Shown here piece by piece: positions 10,157-19,436 of a stretch of 64,000 bases of DNA. This DNA is from an uncultured delta proteobacterium. Its GTDB lineage: Bacteria > Myxococcota > Myxococcia > SLRQ01. How positions within the stretch are numbered: the stretch's first letter is position 1; each line of letters opens with the position of its first letter. Both the position numbers and the translations under genes were made by a program. The DNA lies in contig CAVSGM010000002.1 of NCBI GenBank assembly GCA_963727485.1, positions 1,280,001-1,344,000 on the forward strand. The letters run 5' to 3'. The notes beneath the pieces were generated by a model, which saw nothing but the letters and a program-made list of their open reading frames with translations, had not been told where the DNA came from and ran no database searches.

Positions 10157-10732
10157 TCAGCGCACGAAGGGCACCAGCGCCGGCGTGGTCTTCCGGTACT
10201 CGGCGTAGGCCTCGCCGAAGGTCTCGGTCATCCACCGCTCCTCGAGGCGCAGCTTGCGCCACAGGGCCACGAAGATGAGCCCCAGGGCCACCAGCGCCCG
10301 CCACTGCCCCACACACAGCGTCGTCCCCGCGAAGGCGGTGAGCATCCCGGTGTAGATGGGGTGGCGGACCAGGGCGTAGGGCCCCCGGCGCACCAGGGCG
10401 TGGTCCTCCTTGACGGTGACGGTGCCGCTCCAGTTGCCCGCGAGGATCGCCCGGGCCCAGATCGCAAAGGCGATGCCCAGGGCCGTCAGCGCCACGCCGA
10501 TCCCGTAGCCCACCCAGCTCACCGGGACGAAGGTCCCCTCGAGGAGGCCGCCGGGGAGGTGCGGCAGGGCGCAGAGGGCCGCGGCGGCGCCCAGCGGCAC
10601 GATGTGGCCGAGGCGCGAGGCGAAGGTCTCCACCCGGCGCACCGGCTTGGTGCCCAGCGACATCGCCCACCAGATCATCGCCCAGGCGATCCACAGGCCG
10701 TAGACCACGTCGCGCGCGAGGTGCGTCGCCAT
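10157..10732 (-). CDS. Isoprenylcysteine carboxyl methyltransferase-family membrane protein
   Basis: LVRRGPYALVRHPIYTG..EE..FGEAYAEY..TPALVP. Confidence 0.9.
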   Translation of the reverse strand: MATHLARDVVYGLWIAWAMIWWAMSLGTKPVRRVETFASRLGHIVPLGAAAALCALPHLPGGLLEGTFVPVSWVGYGIGVALTALGIAFAIWARAILAGNWSGTVTVKEDHALVRRGPYALVRHPIYTGMLTAFAGTTLCVGQWRALVALGLIFVALWRKLRLEERWMTETFGEAYAEYRKTTPALVPFVR

Positions 10733-10846
10733 GGGGACAGCCTAGCGCGCCCGGGGGGTCGGCGCTCGGGCGCCACCCGGGAGCCCCTGGAGCACGTCCA
10801 CCCGGCCAGGATGGACGGCGGCACCCGTCGCAGGAAGGGCCCGGAC

Positions 10847-11638
10847 CTACGCGGTGAGGCGGCCCTCGACCACGATCACCGCCTGACCCACCAGGTCCAC
10901 CCGCTCGCCCCGGAGGACCACGTGCACCCGGCCCCCGCGCGCGCTGGCCTGCAGCCCGGTGACCGCGTCCTTCCCCAGCCGCGCGCCCCAGAAGGGCCCG
11001 AGGGCGCAGTGGGCCGAGCCGGTGACCGGGTCCTCGTCGACGCCGGCCCCCGGGGCGAAGTACCGGGAGACGAAGTCCACGCCGGCGTCGCCTTCGCCCG
11101 CGGGCGCGGTGATCATCACCCCCCGGGCGGCGAGGGATCGGAGGGCGGCGAGGTCCGGGGTCGCCTGGCGCACCGCCGCCGCGTCCGGCACCTCCACCAG
11201 GTAGTCGAGGCGGTTCTTGTAGACGCCGAGCGCCTCGACCCCGAGGGCCTCGAGCATCCCCGCCGGCGCCTCGGCCGCGGCCACCGGCTCGCCGGGGAAG
11301 TCCAGGGCGAGGCCGCCGTCCACCTCCCGGGCGCCGAGCTCGCCGCTCCGGGTGAAGAAGCGCACCTGGCCCTTCGCCCGGCCGGTGGCGAAGAGCACCT
11401 GGCTCGACGCCAGCGTCGCGTGCCCGCACAGATCGACCTCCACCGCCGGGGTGAACCAGCGCAGGCCGAAGCCCCCCGCCTCGGGGACCAGGAACGCGGT
11501 CTCCGAGTGGCGCATCTCCCGGGCCACCTGCTGCATCCAGGTCTCGCTCGCCGGGGCGTCGAGGAGGACCACCGCCGCGGGGTTGCCGGCGAAGGGCACG
11601 TCGGTGAAGGCGTCGACGACGAAGAGGGGCGCGTCCAT
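10847..11638 (-). CDS. PhzF-family isomerase
   Basis: VDAFTDVPFAGNPAAV, SETAF, EVDLCGHATLA, EDPVTGSAH. Confidence 0.92.
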   Translation of the reverse strand: MDAPLFVVDAFTDVPFAGNPAAVVLLDAPASETWMQQVAREMRHSETAFLVPEAGGFGLRWFTPAVEVDLCGHATLASSQVLFATGRAKGQVRFFTRSGELGAREVDGGLALDFPGEPVAAAEAPAGMLEALGVEALGVYKNRLDYLVEVPDAAAVRQATPDLAALRSLAARGVMITAPAGEGDAGVDFVSRYFAPGAGVDEDPVTGSAHCALGPFWGARLGKDAVTGLQASARGGRVHVVLRGERVDLVGQAVIVVEGRLTA

Positions 11639-11838
11639 GGGCCGAGGGATACGCCGCGCCGCCCCGACGCGCCACCCCGCCGACGGACGGAAACGCCCCG
11701 ACCCCCTGCGGGGGACCGCCGGGGCCGGGGCCTGGGTCCGCCCGGGTGTCATGCGAAGCGAAGGAGGGGCACCGCGGAACCCCATGTCCCGCGGGGAGGA
11801 ACCGCCCTTCCGCCTGCACCGGACGGATATGCGTCTGG

Positions 11839-12375
11839 CTACACGAAGATGATCTGCGCGCCTTCGGCCTTGTCGAGGAAATCCATGGCGGAGATGACGC
11901 CCTTGACCTCGGGGATCAGCTCCTCCTTCTTGCGCTTGAACATGTCCATCGCCATCTGGCAGGCGTAGAGCTCGGCGCCGGCGGCGTCGAGGATCTCGAG
12001 CATCTCGCGCACCGTGGGGATCTCGGCCTCCTCCATGCCCTTGATCATCCGGGTGGTGGCGAACCGCTGCAGCCCCGGGAGCCCCCCGAGCATCGTCGGG
12101 ATGTGCATCGAGGGGTTGCCCACGGTGGCGACCTGCAGGTGATCGAGCTGGTCGGTGGTGATGATGTCGAGCCCCCAGAAGGTGAAGAAGAGCATGGCGT
12201 CGATGCCCTCCATCCGCGCCGCGTTGGCGAGGATGAGGCCCGGGTACGCCATGTCCAAGGTGCCCTTGGAGCAGACGATGGCCAGCTTGCGCGCGGGGGC
12301 CTCGGTGGGCGCCTCGGTGGCGCCTCGGGTCCCCTCGGGGAACTGGCTTCGCACTGGCAACGTGGTCTCGGTCAT
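11839..12375 (-). CDS. DsrE/DsrF/DrsH-like sulfur-carrier protein
   Basis: LAIVCSKGTLDMAYP..FFTFWGL..LYACQMAMDM. Confidence 0.85.
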   Translation of the reverse strand: MTETTLPVRSQFPEGTRGATEAPTEAPARKLAIVCSKGTLDMAYPGLILANAARMEGIDAMLFFTFWGLDIITTDQLDHLQVATVGNPSMHIPTMLGGLPGLQRFATTRMIKGMEEAEIPTVREMLEILDAAGAELYACQMAMDMFKRKKEELIPEVKGVISAMDFLDKAEGAQIIFV

Positions 12376-12438
12376 TTCTCGCTCCCCCCATCGGCCGGCA
12401 CGCCGCCGGCTTCAATGATCTCGATCAGCGCTCCGCGA

Positions 12439-12756
12439 TCAGAGGCAGCTCTTGGGCTTGGGCACCCCGGCGATCTTCGCGGCGAGCTTCCCGGGCCCCT
12501 TGGGGAAGAGCTGGTAGAGCGCCTTCATCCCCACCCCCGAGTGCATGGAGATCCGCCGCAGCCCCGGGGCCTCGCCCTTCTCGGCGAAGTCGGCGCGCAT
12601 GAAGTCGATGACCTTCCAGTGGTCGTCGGTGAGCGCGCCGATCCCGACCTCCTGGGCGATGGCCTTCGCCACCTCCGGGGTCCAGGCATCGGCGGAGAGC
12701 AGGAAGCCCTCGTCGTTGAGCTCCACCTGCTTGCCGGCGTAGGTCTGGGTACTCAT
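12439..12756 (-). CDS. TusE/DsrC-family sulfur relay protein (single C-terminal Cys)
   Basis: DEGFL..WT..A..LYQLFPKGPGKLAAKIAGVPKPKSCL. Confidence 0.9.
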   Translation of the reverse strand: MSTQTYAGKQVELNDEGFLLSADAWTPEVAKAIAQEVGIGALTDDHWKVIDFMRADFAEKGEAPGLRRISMHSGVGMKALYQLFPKGPGKLAAKIAGVPKPKSCL

Positions 12757-12777
12757 CTCGTTCTCCTCTCGTCGCCC

Positions 12778-14025
12778 CTAGGCGGTGGCCGGGGCGGGGC
12801 GGTGCTTGCCCTTCATCGACATCTGCACCGGCACCGGCATCGGCCGGCCCGGCAACAACGCGTGCCAGTAGAGCCAGCGGAAGCCGAGCTTCCCCAGGTG
12901 GTTCATCCGGCTCTCCTCGAGCAGCGCGAACGGCCCGATCCCCGGCAGCGGGTAGTGGCCCGGCAGGGGCTCGACCTCGTAGTTGAAGTCGATGAGCAGG
13001 CCCTTCTTGTGACCGGTCTCCACGAAGCAGTTGGCGTGGCCGTCGAAGCCCGGGTCCAGGCTCTCGCCGCGCATGGCGTGGAGGAGGTTCTCGGCGAGGA
13101 CCTCGCTCTGGAAATGGGCCACCGAGCCGGCCTTGGAGCTCGGGAGATCGGTGGCGTCGCCGAGGACGAAGATGTGCTCGTGGTCCTTCGCCGCCAGGGT
13201 GTGGGGCTCGGTGGGCACGAAGCCCATGTCGTCCCCGAGGCCCGAGTGGCCGATGACCTCGACCCCCGAGTGGGTGGGGATGGAGACCAGCAGGTCGTAG
13301 GGCACCTCGCGCTCGTCGTAGGAGCGGATCACCTGGCGCTTGGGGTCCACCTCGCCCACCGCGAACTCGGCGGCGGTGTGGATCCCCTTCTCGCCCAGGA
13401 GGTGCGAGAGGGTGCGCGCCGCCACCGGCCGGGTGAAGCAGCCCTCCAGGGGCGTGGCGTAGGTGAGCTCGACCTTGTCGCGGATCCCCTTCTTGGTGAA
13501 GAAGTCGTCGGCGAGGAAGATGAACTCCAGCGGCGCCACCGGGCACTTGATGGGCATCTCGGCGATGTTCACCACCAGCTTGCCGCCCTCGAAGGTCTCG
13601 AGGGCCGCCCGGAGCCGCTGGGCCCCCTCCAGGGTGTAGAAGGTGTGCTCCCGGGGGCCCCAGTGGCCCTCGTCGGTGAGCCCCGGCATCAGGTCCGGGC
13701 GCACCCGGGTGCCGGTGGCGATCACCAGCAGGTCGTAGGGGAGCACCACCCCGCTGGCGAGGTGGACCGTCCGGTGGTCCGGGTCGATGGCGTCCACCGC
13801 GGCGCCGAGCCACTGGATCCCCTCGTGGAGGGTCCTCGCCCGGGGCCGGATCATCTTGTCCTCGTTCTGGGCCCCGAAGGGCAGGAAGAGCAGGCCCGGC
13901 TGGTAGAGGTGGTCGACCTCGGGATCGACGATCACCATCGACCAGTCGTCCGGCAGCTGCCGGAACATCCGGTTGGCGACGACGGTGCCGCCGGTACCCG
14001 CACCGACGATGACCAGGTTCTTCAT
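12778..14025 (-). CDS. sqr: Sulfide:quinone oxidoreductase (type III-like)
   Basis: GAGTGG, HLYQPGLLF, IKCPVAPLE, GDAT..SKAGS, FDGHANCF; adjacent to tusE and dsrE. Confidence 0.85.
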   Translation of the reverse strand: MKNLVIVGAGTGGTVVANRMFRQLPDDWSMVIVDPEVDHLYQPGLLFLPFGAQNEDKMIRPRARTLHEGIQWLGAAVDAIDPDHRTVHLASGVVLPYDLLVIATGTRVRPDLMPGLTDEGHWGPREHTFYTLEGAQRLRAALETFEGGKLVVNIAEMPIKCPVAPLEFIFLADDFFTKKGIRDKVELTYATPLEGCFTRPVAARTLSHLLGEKGIHTAAEFAVGEVDPKRQVIRSYDEREVPYDLLVSIPTHSGVEVIGHSGLGDDMGFVPTEPHTLAAKDHEHIFVLGDATDLPSSKAGSVAHFQSEVLAENLLHAMRGESLDPGFDGHANCFVETGHKKGLLIDFNYEVEPLPGHYPLPGIGPFALLEESRMNHLGKLGFRWLYWHALLPGRPMPVPVQMSMKGKHRPAPATA

Positions 14026-14074
14026 GGCCCATCCCCCTTGCGCGGCCGCCCGCCGCGCGCTGCACCGAGGAGGA

Positions 14075-14090
14075 TGCGAGGGGTGTGCCA
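14075..14090 (-). promoter_or_regulatory. Sigma54 -24/-12 promoter of the sqr operon
   Basis: TGGCACACCCCTCGCA (GG-N10-GC) about 50 nt upstream of sqr. Confidence 0.6.
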
Positions 14091-14237
14091 CGGGCCGGCG
14101 CGCGCAGGTGGCTGCAATCGCCCGGGTTTCCGTCGGCGCGCCCGGCGGGCCCTCGCAACCGCGGCGTCGGCCGCGCCGGGGTGCGCAGATCGTGCGATCG
14201 GTGCAGGGATCGCGTGGGGGTGGGCCCCCCGGCGCGG

Positions 14238-14858
14238 CTAGCGCTCGACCCGGCGGGGCGCGGGCCGGGCCCGGCGCTGGCGGAAGGCCTCGTCCCGGGC
14301 CTCCTCCTCGATGGCGTCGGTGATGGCCCGGATCTCGGCGGCGAGGTCGGGGATCACCACCTGCTCCAGGGCGCCCAGGCGCCGCGCGGTGCGGGCGAGG
14401 CCCTCCCGGAGCCGGGCCAGCCCGGTGCGCGCCTCGGCGAGGCGCACCAGGTCCGGCAGCGCGGCGGCGAAGGCGGCCCCGGCGCGGTCGAGGCGGGCGC
14501 TGGTCCCCGCCGGGGCGTAGGCGGGGACGAACGGCGGCACCGTCACCGCCAGCCGCGGCAGGGACACGCCCACCAGCCCCACCCGCTGGCGGCGCACCGT
14601 CACCGCGGGGGGCTGGGCCAGGGCGGCGGCATCCACCGCGGCGCCCCCGAGCTCCACCCGGGCCTCGGCGAGGCGGGCCCGGGCCTCGGCCAGGGCCCCC
14701 GCCGCCTTGGCCTCCAGGGCCCGCGCCTCCTCCCGGCGCTCGCGGATCGCCCGGAGGAGGACCTCGCGCTTGCGGTCGAGGAGCGCGTGGCCCCGGCGCG
14801 CCGCCCCGACCTGCTCCCGGAGCTGGAGGAGCCGGGAGCGGATCGCCCGGCCGCTCAT
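14238..14858 (-). CDS. V/A-type ATPase subunit D
   Basis: GHALLDRKREVL..TARRLGALEQVVIP..EEEARDE. Confidence 0.88.
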   Translation of the reverse strand: MSGRAIRSRLLQLREQVGAARRGHALLDRKREVLLRAIRERREEARALEAKAAGALAEARARLAEARVELGGAAVDAAALAQPPAVTVRRQRVGLVGVSLPRLAVTVPPFVPAYAPAGTSARLDRAGAAFAAALPDLVRLAEARTGLARLREGLARTARRLGALEQVVIPDLAAEIRAITDAIEEEARDEAFRQRRARPAPRRVER

Positions 14859-16393
14859 CGCGGCGCCTCGGCGGCGGACGCCGCCTCCGGTTCCTCGGCC
14901 GCCGCGTCGGGCGCCTCCGCCGCCTCCTCCGGACTCCCGGCCGCCGCCTCGGGCGCCTCGGCCCCCGCCTCCGGACCGCCGGGCGCCGGCTCGGGGCCCT
15001 CCGCCGCCCCCTCTGGACCCCCGCGCCCGTAGCGGGCGAGGATCTCGTCGGGGATCCGCGAGAGCTCCGAGTCGGGGAGCCGGCGGAGCACCGCCCACGC
15101 CCGGTCCAGGGTCTCGTCGATGGACCGGTGCTCGCTGCGGCCCTGGGAGAGGAAGCCCTCCTCGAAGGCGTCGCCGAGCTGGAGGTAGGTGCGCTCGAGG
15201 CCGGAGAGCTCCTCCCGGCCGATGATCGCCTCCAGGGCCCGCGCCCGCTCCACCTGCGCCACCGCCGCGTAGAGCTGCCGGGCCACCGCCGGGTGGTCCC
15301 CCCGGGTGCGGCCCTCGCCGATGCCGTCCTCCATCAGGCGCGAGAGCGACGGCAGCACCATCACCGGCGGGTAGACGCCCCGGCGGTCGAGCTCCCGCCC
15401 CAGGACCACCTGCCCCTCGGTGACGTAGCCGGTGAGGTCGGGGATGGGGTGGGTGAGGTCGCCGGAGGGCAGGGTCACCACCGGCACCAGGGTCAGGGAC
15501 CCCGGGCGGTCGAGGATCCGCCCGGCGCGCTCGAAGATCGACGCCAGGTCCGAGTAGAGGTAGCCGGGGTAGCCCTTGCGGCTGGGCATCTCGCCCCTCG
15601 CCGCGGCCACCTCCCGGAGCGCCTCGCCGTAGCTGGTGATGTCGTGGAGGACCACCAGCACGTGCATCCCCCGGTCGAAGGCGAGGTGCTCGGCGGCGGT
15701 GAGCGCCGTCCGCGGGGTGATGAGGCGCTCGGCGGCGGGATCGTCGGCCAGGTTGAGGAAGAGGATCGACCGGGCGAGCGCCCCGCTGCGGCGCAGGTCC
15801 GCCTCGTAGGCCCGCGCCGTCTCCCGGGGGAGCCCCAGGGCCGCGAACACCACCGCGAAGTCCTCGACCCCGGGGGCCCGCGCCTGGCGGAGGAGCTGCA
15901 TCACCATCGCGTCGTGGGGCAGCCCGCTCTCGGTGAACACCGGGAGCTTCTGGCCCAGCACCAGGCTGTCGAGGGCGTCGATGGCGCTGATGCCGGTCTC
16001 CAGGAAGGCCCGGGGGTAGGCCCGGCGCACCGGGTTGATGGGCGCGCCCTCGATGGGCCTCGCGTCGACGCCCAGCGGCCGCGGCAGCCCGTCCCGGGGA
16101 CGGCCCACCCCGTCGAGGACCCGGCCGAGGAGCTCGGGGCCCACGTCCACGGTCAGGGGCCGGCCGGAGAAGCGCACCCGGGTCCCGCCGAGGTCGAGGC
16201 CCGCGGTCTCGCCGAACACCTCCACCACCGCCCGGTCGCCGGTCACCTGGAGCACCCGGCCGATGCGCACCTCGCCGTCGGCGCCCACCACCTCCACGTG
16301 CTCGTGGTAGCCCGCGCCGGCGACGCCCTCGACGAAGGCCAGCGGGCCCTTGAGCCCGGCGAGGCCCTGGTACTCGAGGCCCGCGGTGGTCAT
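14855..16393 (-). CDS. V/A-type ATPase subunit B
   Basis: TGISAIDA..GQKLPVF, SRKGYPGYLYSDLASIFERAG, HPIPDLTGYVTEGQ. Confidence 0.95.
   Translation of the reverse strand: MTTAGLEYQGLAGLKGPLAFVEGVAGAGYHEHVEVVGADGEVRIGRVLQVTGDRAVVEVFGETAGLDLGGTRVRFSGRPLTVDVGPELLGRVLDGVGRPRDGLPRPLGVDARPIEGAPINPVRRAYPRAFLETGISAIDALDSLVLGQKLPVFTESGLPHDAMVMQLLRQARAPGVEDFAVVFAALGLPRETARAYEADLRRSGALARSILFLNLADDPAAERLITPRTALTAAEHLAFDRGMHVLVVLHDITSYGEALREVAAARGEMPSRKGYPGYLYSDLASIFERAGRILDRPGSLTLVPVVTLPSGDLTHPIPDLTGYVTEGQVVLGRELDRRGVYPPVMVLPSLSRLMEDGIGEGRTRGDHPAVARQLYAAVAQVERARALEAIIGREELSGLERTYLQLGDAFEEGFLSQGRSEHRSIDETLDRAWAVLRRLPDSELSRIPDEILARYGRGGPEGAAEGPEPAPGGPEAGAEAPEAAAGSPEEAAEAPDAAAEEPEAASAAEAPR
14881..15022 (+). 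repeat. Degenerate 21-nt tandem repeat (about 6-7 copies) encoding the acidic Ala/Glu/Pro tail of subunit B
   Basis: Units such as ccgcctccggttcctcggccg / ccgcgtcgggcgcctccgccg / ccgcctcgggcgcctcggccc. Confidence 0.6.
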
Positions 16394-18216
16394 GGGCGGA
16401 CCTCGGCGGGGGGCGGCGCGGCCCCGGGGATGGTCGCGGTCACCTCGGCGTCGATCTGCCGGGTCAACGCCTGGAAGCCCGACAGGGCGTCGTCCCCGAG
16501 GGTCGACCGCGCCCGCTCGATCTTCGCCACCACCGCAAGGGCCGCCAGATCGGTGGCCATCGCCCCGGCCTCGATGGCCGCCATCCCCGCGTCGTGGAAG
16601 TGGAGGAGGAGCTCGAGGAGGGCGAGCTGCCGGGCCGGGGCGCAGTAGCTGTCCACCGGGTCGTAGGCGTTCTGGCGGAGGAAGCCCTCGTCGAAGAGGG
16701 CGGCGAGGCGCAGCAGGAAGCGCTGGCGATCGGGGAGCCCCTCGGCGCCGATGAGCCGGGCGGTGCGCTCCACCTGGGCCGCCGCCTCGAGGAGCGAGAG
16801 CGCCTGCTGGCGGCGCGCCGGCCAGCTCGGCCCCACCTCGCCGACCCACCAGTCCACCAGGGCGTCGGGGATCTGGGCGTAGCTGGCGGTGATCGACACC
16901 GCCGGGAACACCCGCGCCTCGGCCCGGGCCTTGTCCAGGGTCCAGAAGGTCGGGGTGAAGGCCTGGGTGTGGCGGGTCACCGGCTCGGTGAGGTCGCCGC
17001 CCGGCGGGGAGATGGCGGAGATGAGGCTCACCGATCCGGTGTCGCCGGCCAGCGTGGTCACCCGCCCGGCGCGCTCGTAGAAGGCGGCCAGCCGGCTCTG
17101 GAGGTAGGGCGGGTAGCCCTCCTCGGCGGGCATCTCCTCGAGGCGCCCGCTGATCTCCCGCAGCGCCTCGGCCCACCTCGAGGTGGAGTCGGAGAGCATC
17201 GCCACCCGGTAGCCCATGTCCCGGAAGTACTCGGCGAGGGTGACCCCGGTGTAGATCGACGCCTCCCGGGCCGAGACCGGCATGTTGGAGGTGTTGGCCA
17301 CGAGGACGGTGCGCTCGGCCAGCGGCCTCCCGGTGCGGGGATCGGCGAGCCCGGGGAGCTCCCGGAGCATCCTCGTCATCTCGTTGCCGCGCTCGCCGCA
17401 GCCCACGAAGACGATGACGTCGGCGTCGGCCCACTTCACCAGCTGGTGCTGGAGCACGGTCTTGCCGGTGCCGAAGCCCCCCGGGAGCCCGGCGGCGCCG
17501 CCCTCGGGGATGGGGAAGAAGGTGTCGAGGACCCGCTGGCCGGTGACCAGGGGCAGCCCCGGGCGCAGGTGCGCGGCCACCGGGCGGGCGCGCCGGACCC
17601 GCCAGGTCTGGCGCATGGGGACCGCCACCTCGCCGCCGGGGCCGGCGCCGTCGTCGCCCTCCGCGCCGACGCGCAGGCGGATGACCGGCTCGGCGACGGT
17701 GTAGGGCCCGGCCGCGGCCACGAAGGTCACCGTCCCCGAGAGCCCCGGGGGGAGGAGCACCTTGTGGGTCAGGGTCTCGGTCTCGGGGACGGTGCCGAGG
17801 ACGGCGCCGCCTTCGAGGCGATCCCCCACGGCGACCGCCGGGGTGAACGCCCAGCGCCGCTCGGGATCGAGGGCCGCCACGTGGCTCCCCCGGCCCAGCA
17901 GGTCCCCCTCGAGGGCGGCGAGGCGCGCCAGGGGCCGCTGCACCCCGTCGTAGACCGTGCCCAGGAGCCCCGGCCCCAGCTCCACGGTCAGCGGCTCGCC
18001 GGTGGCCACGAAGGGCGCCCCCGGGGCGAGGCCGCTGGTGTCCTCGTAGATCTGGGCGACGACCTGGTCGCCCTCGAGGGCGATGGCCTCCCCGAGGAGC
18101 GAGTCCTCGCCCACCCGCACCACCTCGCCGAGGGCCACCGCCCGGGTACAGCGGGCCCGGACCACGGCGCCGTTGACCTCGACCACGGTGCCGGCGATGT
18201 CGGCCCTGGGGCTCAT
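16390..18216 (-). CDS. V/A-type ATPase catalytic subunit A
   Basis: P-loop GGFGTGKT, GCGERGNEM, NTSNMPVSARE, EEMPAEEGYP. Confidence 0.95.
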   Translation of the reverse strand: MSPRADIAGTVVEVNGAVVRARCTRAVALGEVVRVGEDSLLGEAIALEGDQVVAQIYEDTSGLAPGAPFVATGEPLTVELGPGLLGTVYDGVQRPLARLAALEGDLLGRGSHVAALDPERRWAFTPAVAVGDRLEGGAVLGTVPETETLTHKVLLPPGLSGTVTFVAAAGPYTVAEPVIRLRVGAEGDDGAGPGGEVAVPMRQTWRVRRARPVAAHLRPGLPLVTGQRVLDTFFPIPEGGAAGLPGGFGTGKTVLQHQLVKWADADVIVFVGCGERGNEMTRMLRELPGLADPRTGRPLAERTVLVANTSNMPVSAREASIYTGVTLAEYFRDMGYRVAMLSDSTSRWAEALREISGRLEEMPAEEGYPPYLQSRLAAFYERAGRVTTLAGDTGSVSLISAISPPGGDLTEPVTRHTQAFTPTFWTLDKARAEARVFPAVSITASYAQIPDALVDWWVGEVGPSWPARRQQALSLLEAAAQVERTARLIGAEGLPDRQRFLLRLAALFDEGFLRQNAYDPVDSYCAPARQLALLELLLHFHDAGMAAIEAGAMATDLAALAVVAKIERARSTLGDDALSGFQALTRQIDAEVTATIPGAAPPPAEVRP

Positions 18217-18809
18217 CGGGCGTAGCGCTCCACCAGGGCGGTGCGCCACACCGGCTCCAGGCGCTTGGCCCGGGCGGCGAAGGTGTTGTCGAAGGTGATG
18301 CGCCCCCCGGCGACCCGGACCCGGCACCCGCCGTCGGCCTCGCCCTCGACGATGCGCACCGCCCGCTTCCCGGTGGCGGCGGCGAGGCGGGCGGCGAAGG
18401 CGGCGTCGAGGGCGGCGGCGTCCTCCTCTCGGACCACCACCTCGGCCTCGTCCCCGGGCAGCCGCGGGAGGGCCTCGGCGGCGAGGCGGAAGATGCGCTC
18501 GGGGGCCGGGTCCAGCATCCCCGCGAGGCGCGCCCAGCCGGCGGCGACGGCGCGCTCGATCCACGCCGCCCGGGCCTCGATCCCCTCGCGGACGTCGAGC
18601 CAGTCCTCGTGGGCGAGGCGCTCGGTGGCGGCGCGGTGGGCGGCCTCGAGGCGGGCCCGCCTCACCTCGCCGCCGGCCCCGGGCGCCGGGACCGCGGCGT
18701 CGGCCCGGGCCAGCGCCGCGGCGGCCTCGGCCTCGACGGCGGCGACCTTCGCCTCCGCCTCGGCGCCGATGGCGGCGAGCACCGCGGGCACGCTCCCCAG
18801 CTCCCTCAC
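18213..18809 (-). CDS. V/A-type ATPase subunit E
   Basis: Position in operon, helical N-terminus, C-terminal GGCRV..ITFDNTFAAR. Confidence 0.75.
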   Translation of the reverse strand: MRELGSVPAVLAAIGAEAEAKVAAVEAEAAAALARADAAVPAPGAGGEVRRARLEAAHRAATERLAHEDWLDVREGIEARAAWIERAVAAGWARLAGMLDPAPERIFRLAAEALPRLPGDEAEVVVREEDAAALDAAFAARLAAATGKRAVRIVEGEADGGCRVRVAGGRITFDNTFAARAKRLEPVWRTALVERYAR

Positions 18810-19066
18810 GGCACCCCCCCGGCCCCGAGCTCGGGGAGCACCAGGAGCACCGGGCCCTCGGCGCGGTCGAGGAGGGCGGCGAGGCGCGCGGGGACGAGCG
18901 CCGCCACCGGGGCGGAGATCAGCACCAGGGCGAGGTCCTCGGCCTCGGCCTCCACCTGGTCGAACGCGGCCTCGGCCTCGGCGCGGGTCCGGCACACCGT
19001 CCCCTCGACCCCGGCGAGGCGGCCGCCGCGGACGTCCCCCTCGGTGCCGACGATGCGCGCCCTCAT
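18806..19066 (-). CDS. V/A-type ATPase subunit F
   Basis: IVGTEGDVRGGRLAGVEG..LVLIS..PVLLVLP. Confidence 0.8.
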   Translation of the reverse strand: MRARIVGTEGDVRGGRLAGVEGTVCRTRAEAEAAFDQVEAEAEDLALVLISAPVAALVPARLAALLDRAEGPVLLVLPELGAGGVP

Positions 19067-19436
19067 CCGACCCGCCCCAGGATCATGATGGCGATGATGA
19101 GGCCGTAGATGGCGATGCCCTCGGCCAGCCCCACGAAGACGATGGCCCGGCCCGCGGTCTCGGGCTTCTCGGCCACCGCCCCCATGGCGGCGCCGCCGAC
19201 CACCGCCACCGCGTAGGCGGCGCCCACCGCCGAGAGCCCGGCGACCAGGGCCGCGGCGAGAAACGCCCACTTCACCACCTCGGGGTTCGAGGTGACGCTC
19301 GCCGCCGCGCCGCCGCGGCCGCCGTGGGCGCGGCGTGCTGGGCCAGGGCCGGGAAGGCCACCACGACCAGCACCAGCGGCGAGAGCACCACCAGCGCGAG
19401 GAGCGCGAGGCGAACGGGATGGACGGGCCGGGTCAT
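19063..19436 (-). CDS. V/A-type ATPase proteolipid subunit K/c; apparent frameshift near 19300
   Basis: GAAMGAVAEKPE..VGLAEGIAIYGLII; N-terminal hydrophobic extension is in another frame from ATG 19436. Confidence 0.85.

Noticed and set aside
12439..12756. DsrC indicating dissimilatory sulfate/sulfite reduction
   Set aside because: Lacks the second conserved Cys, and no dsrAB is present in the window.
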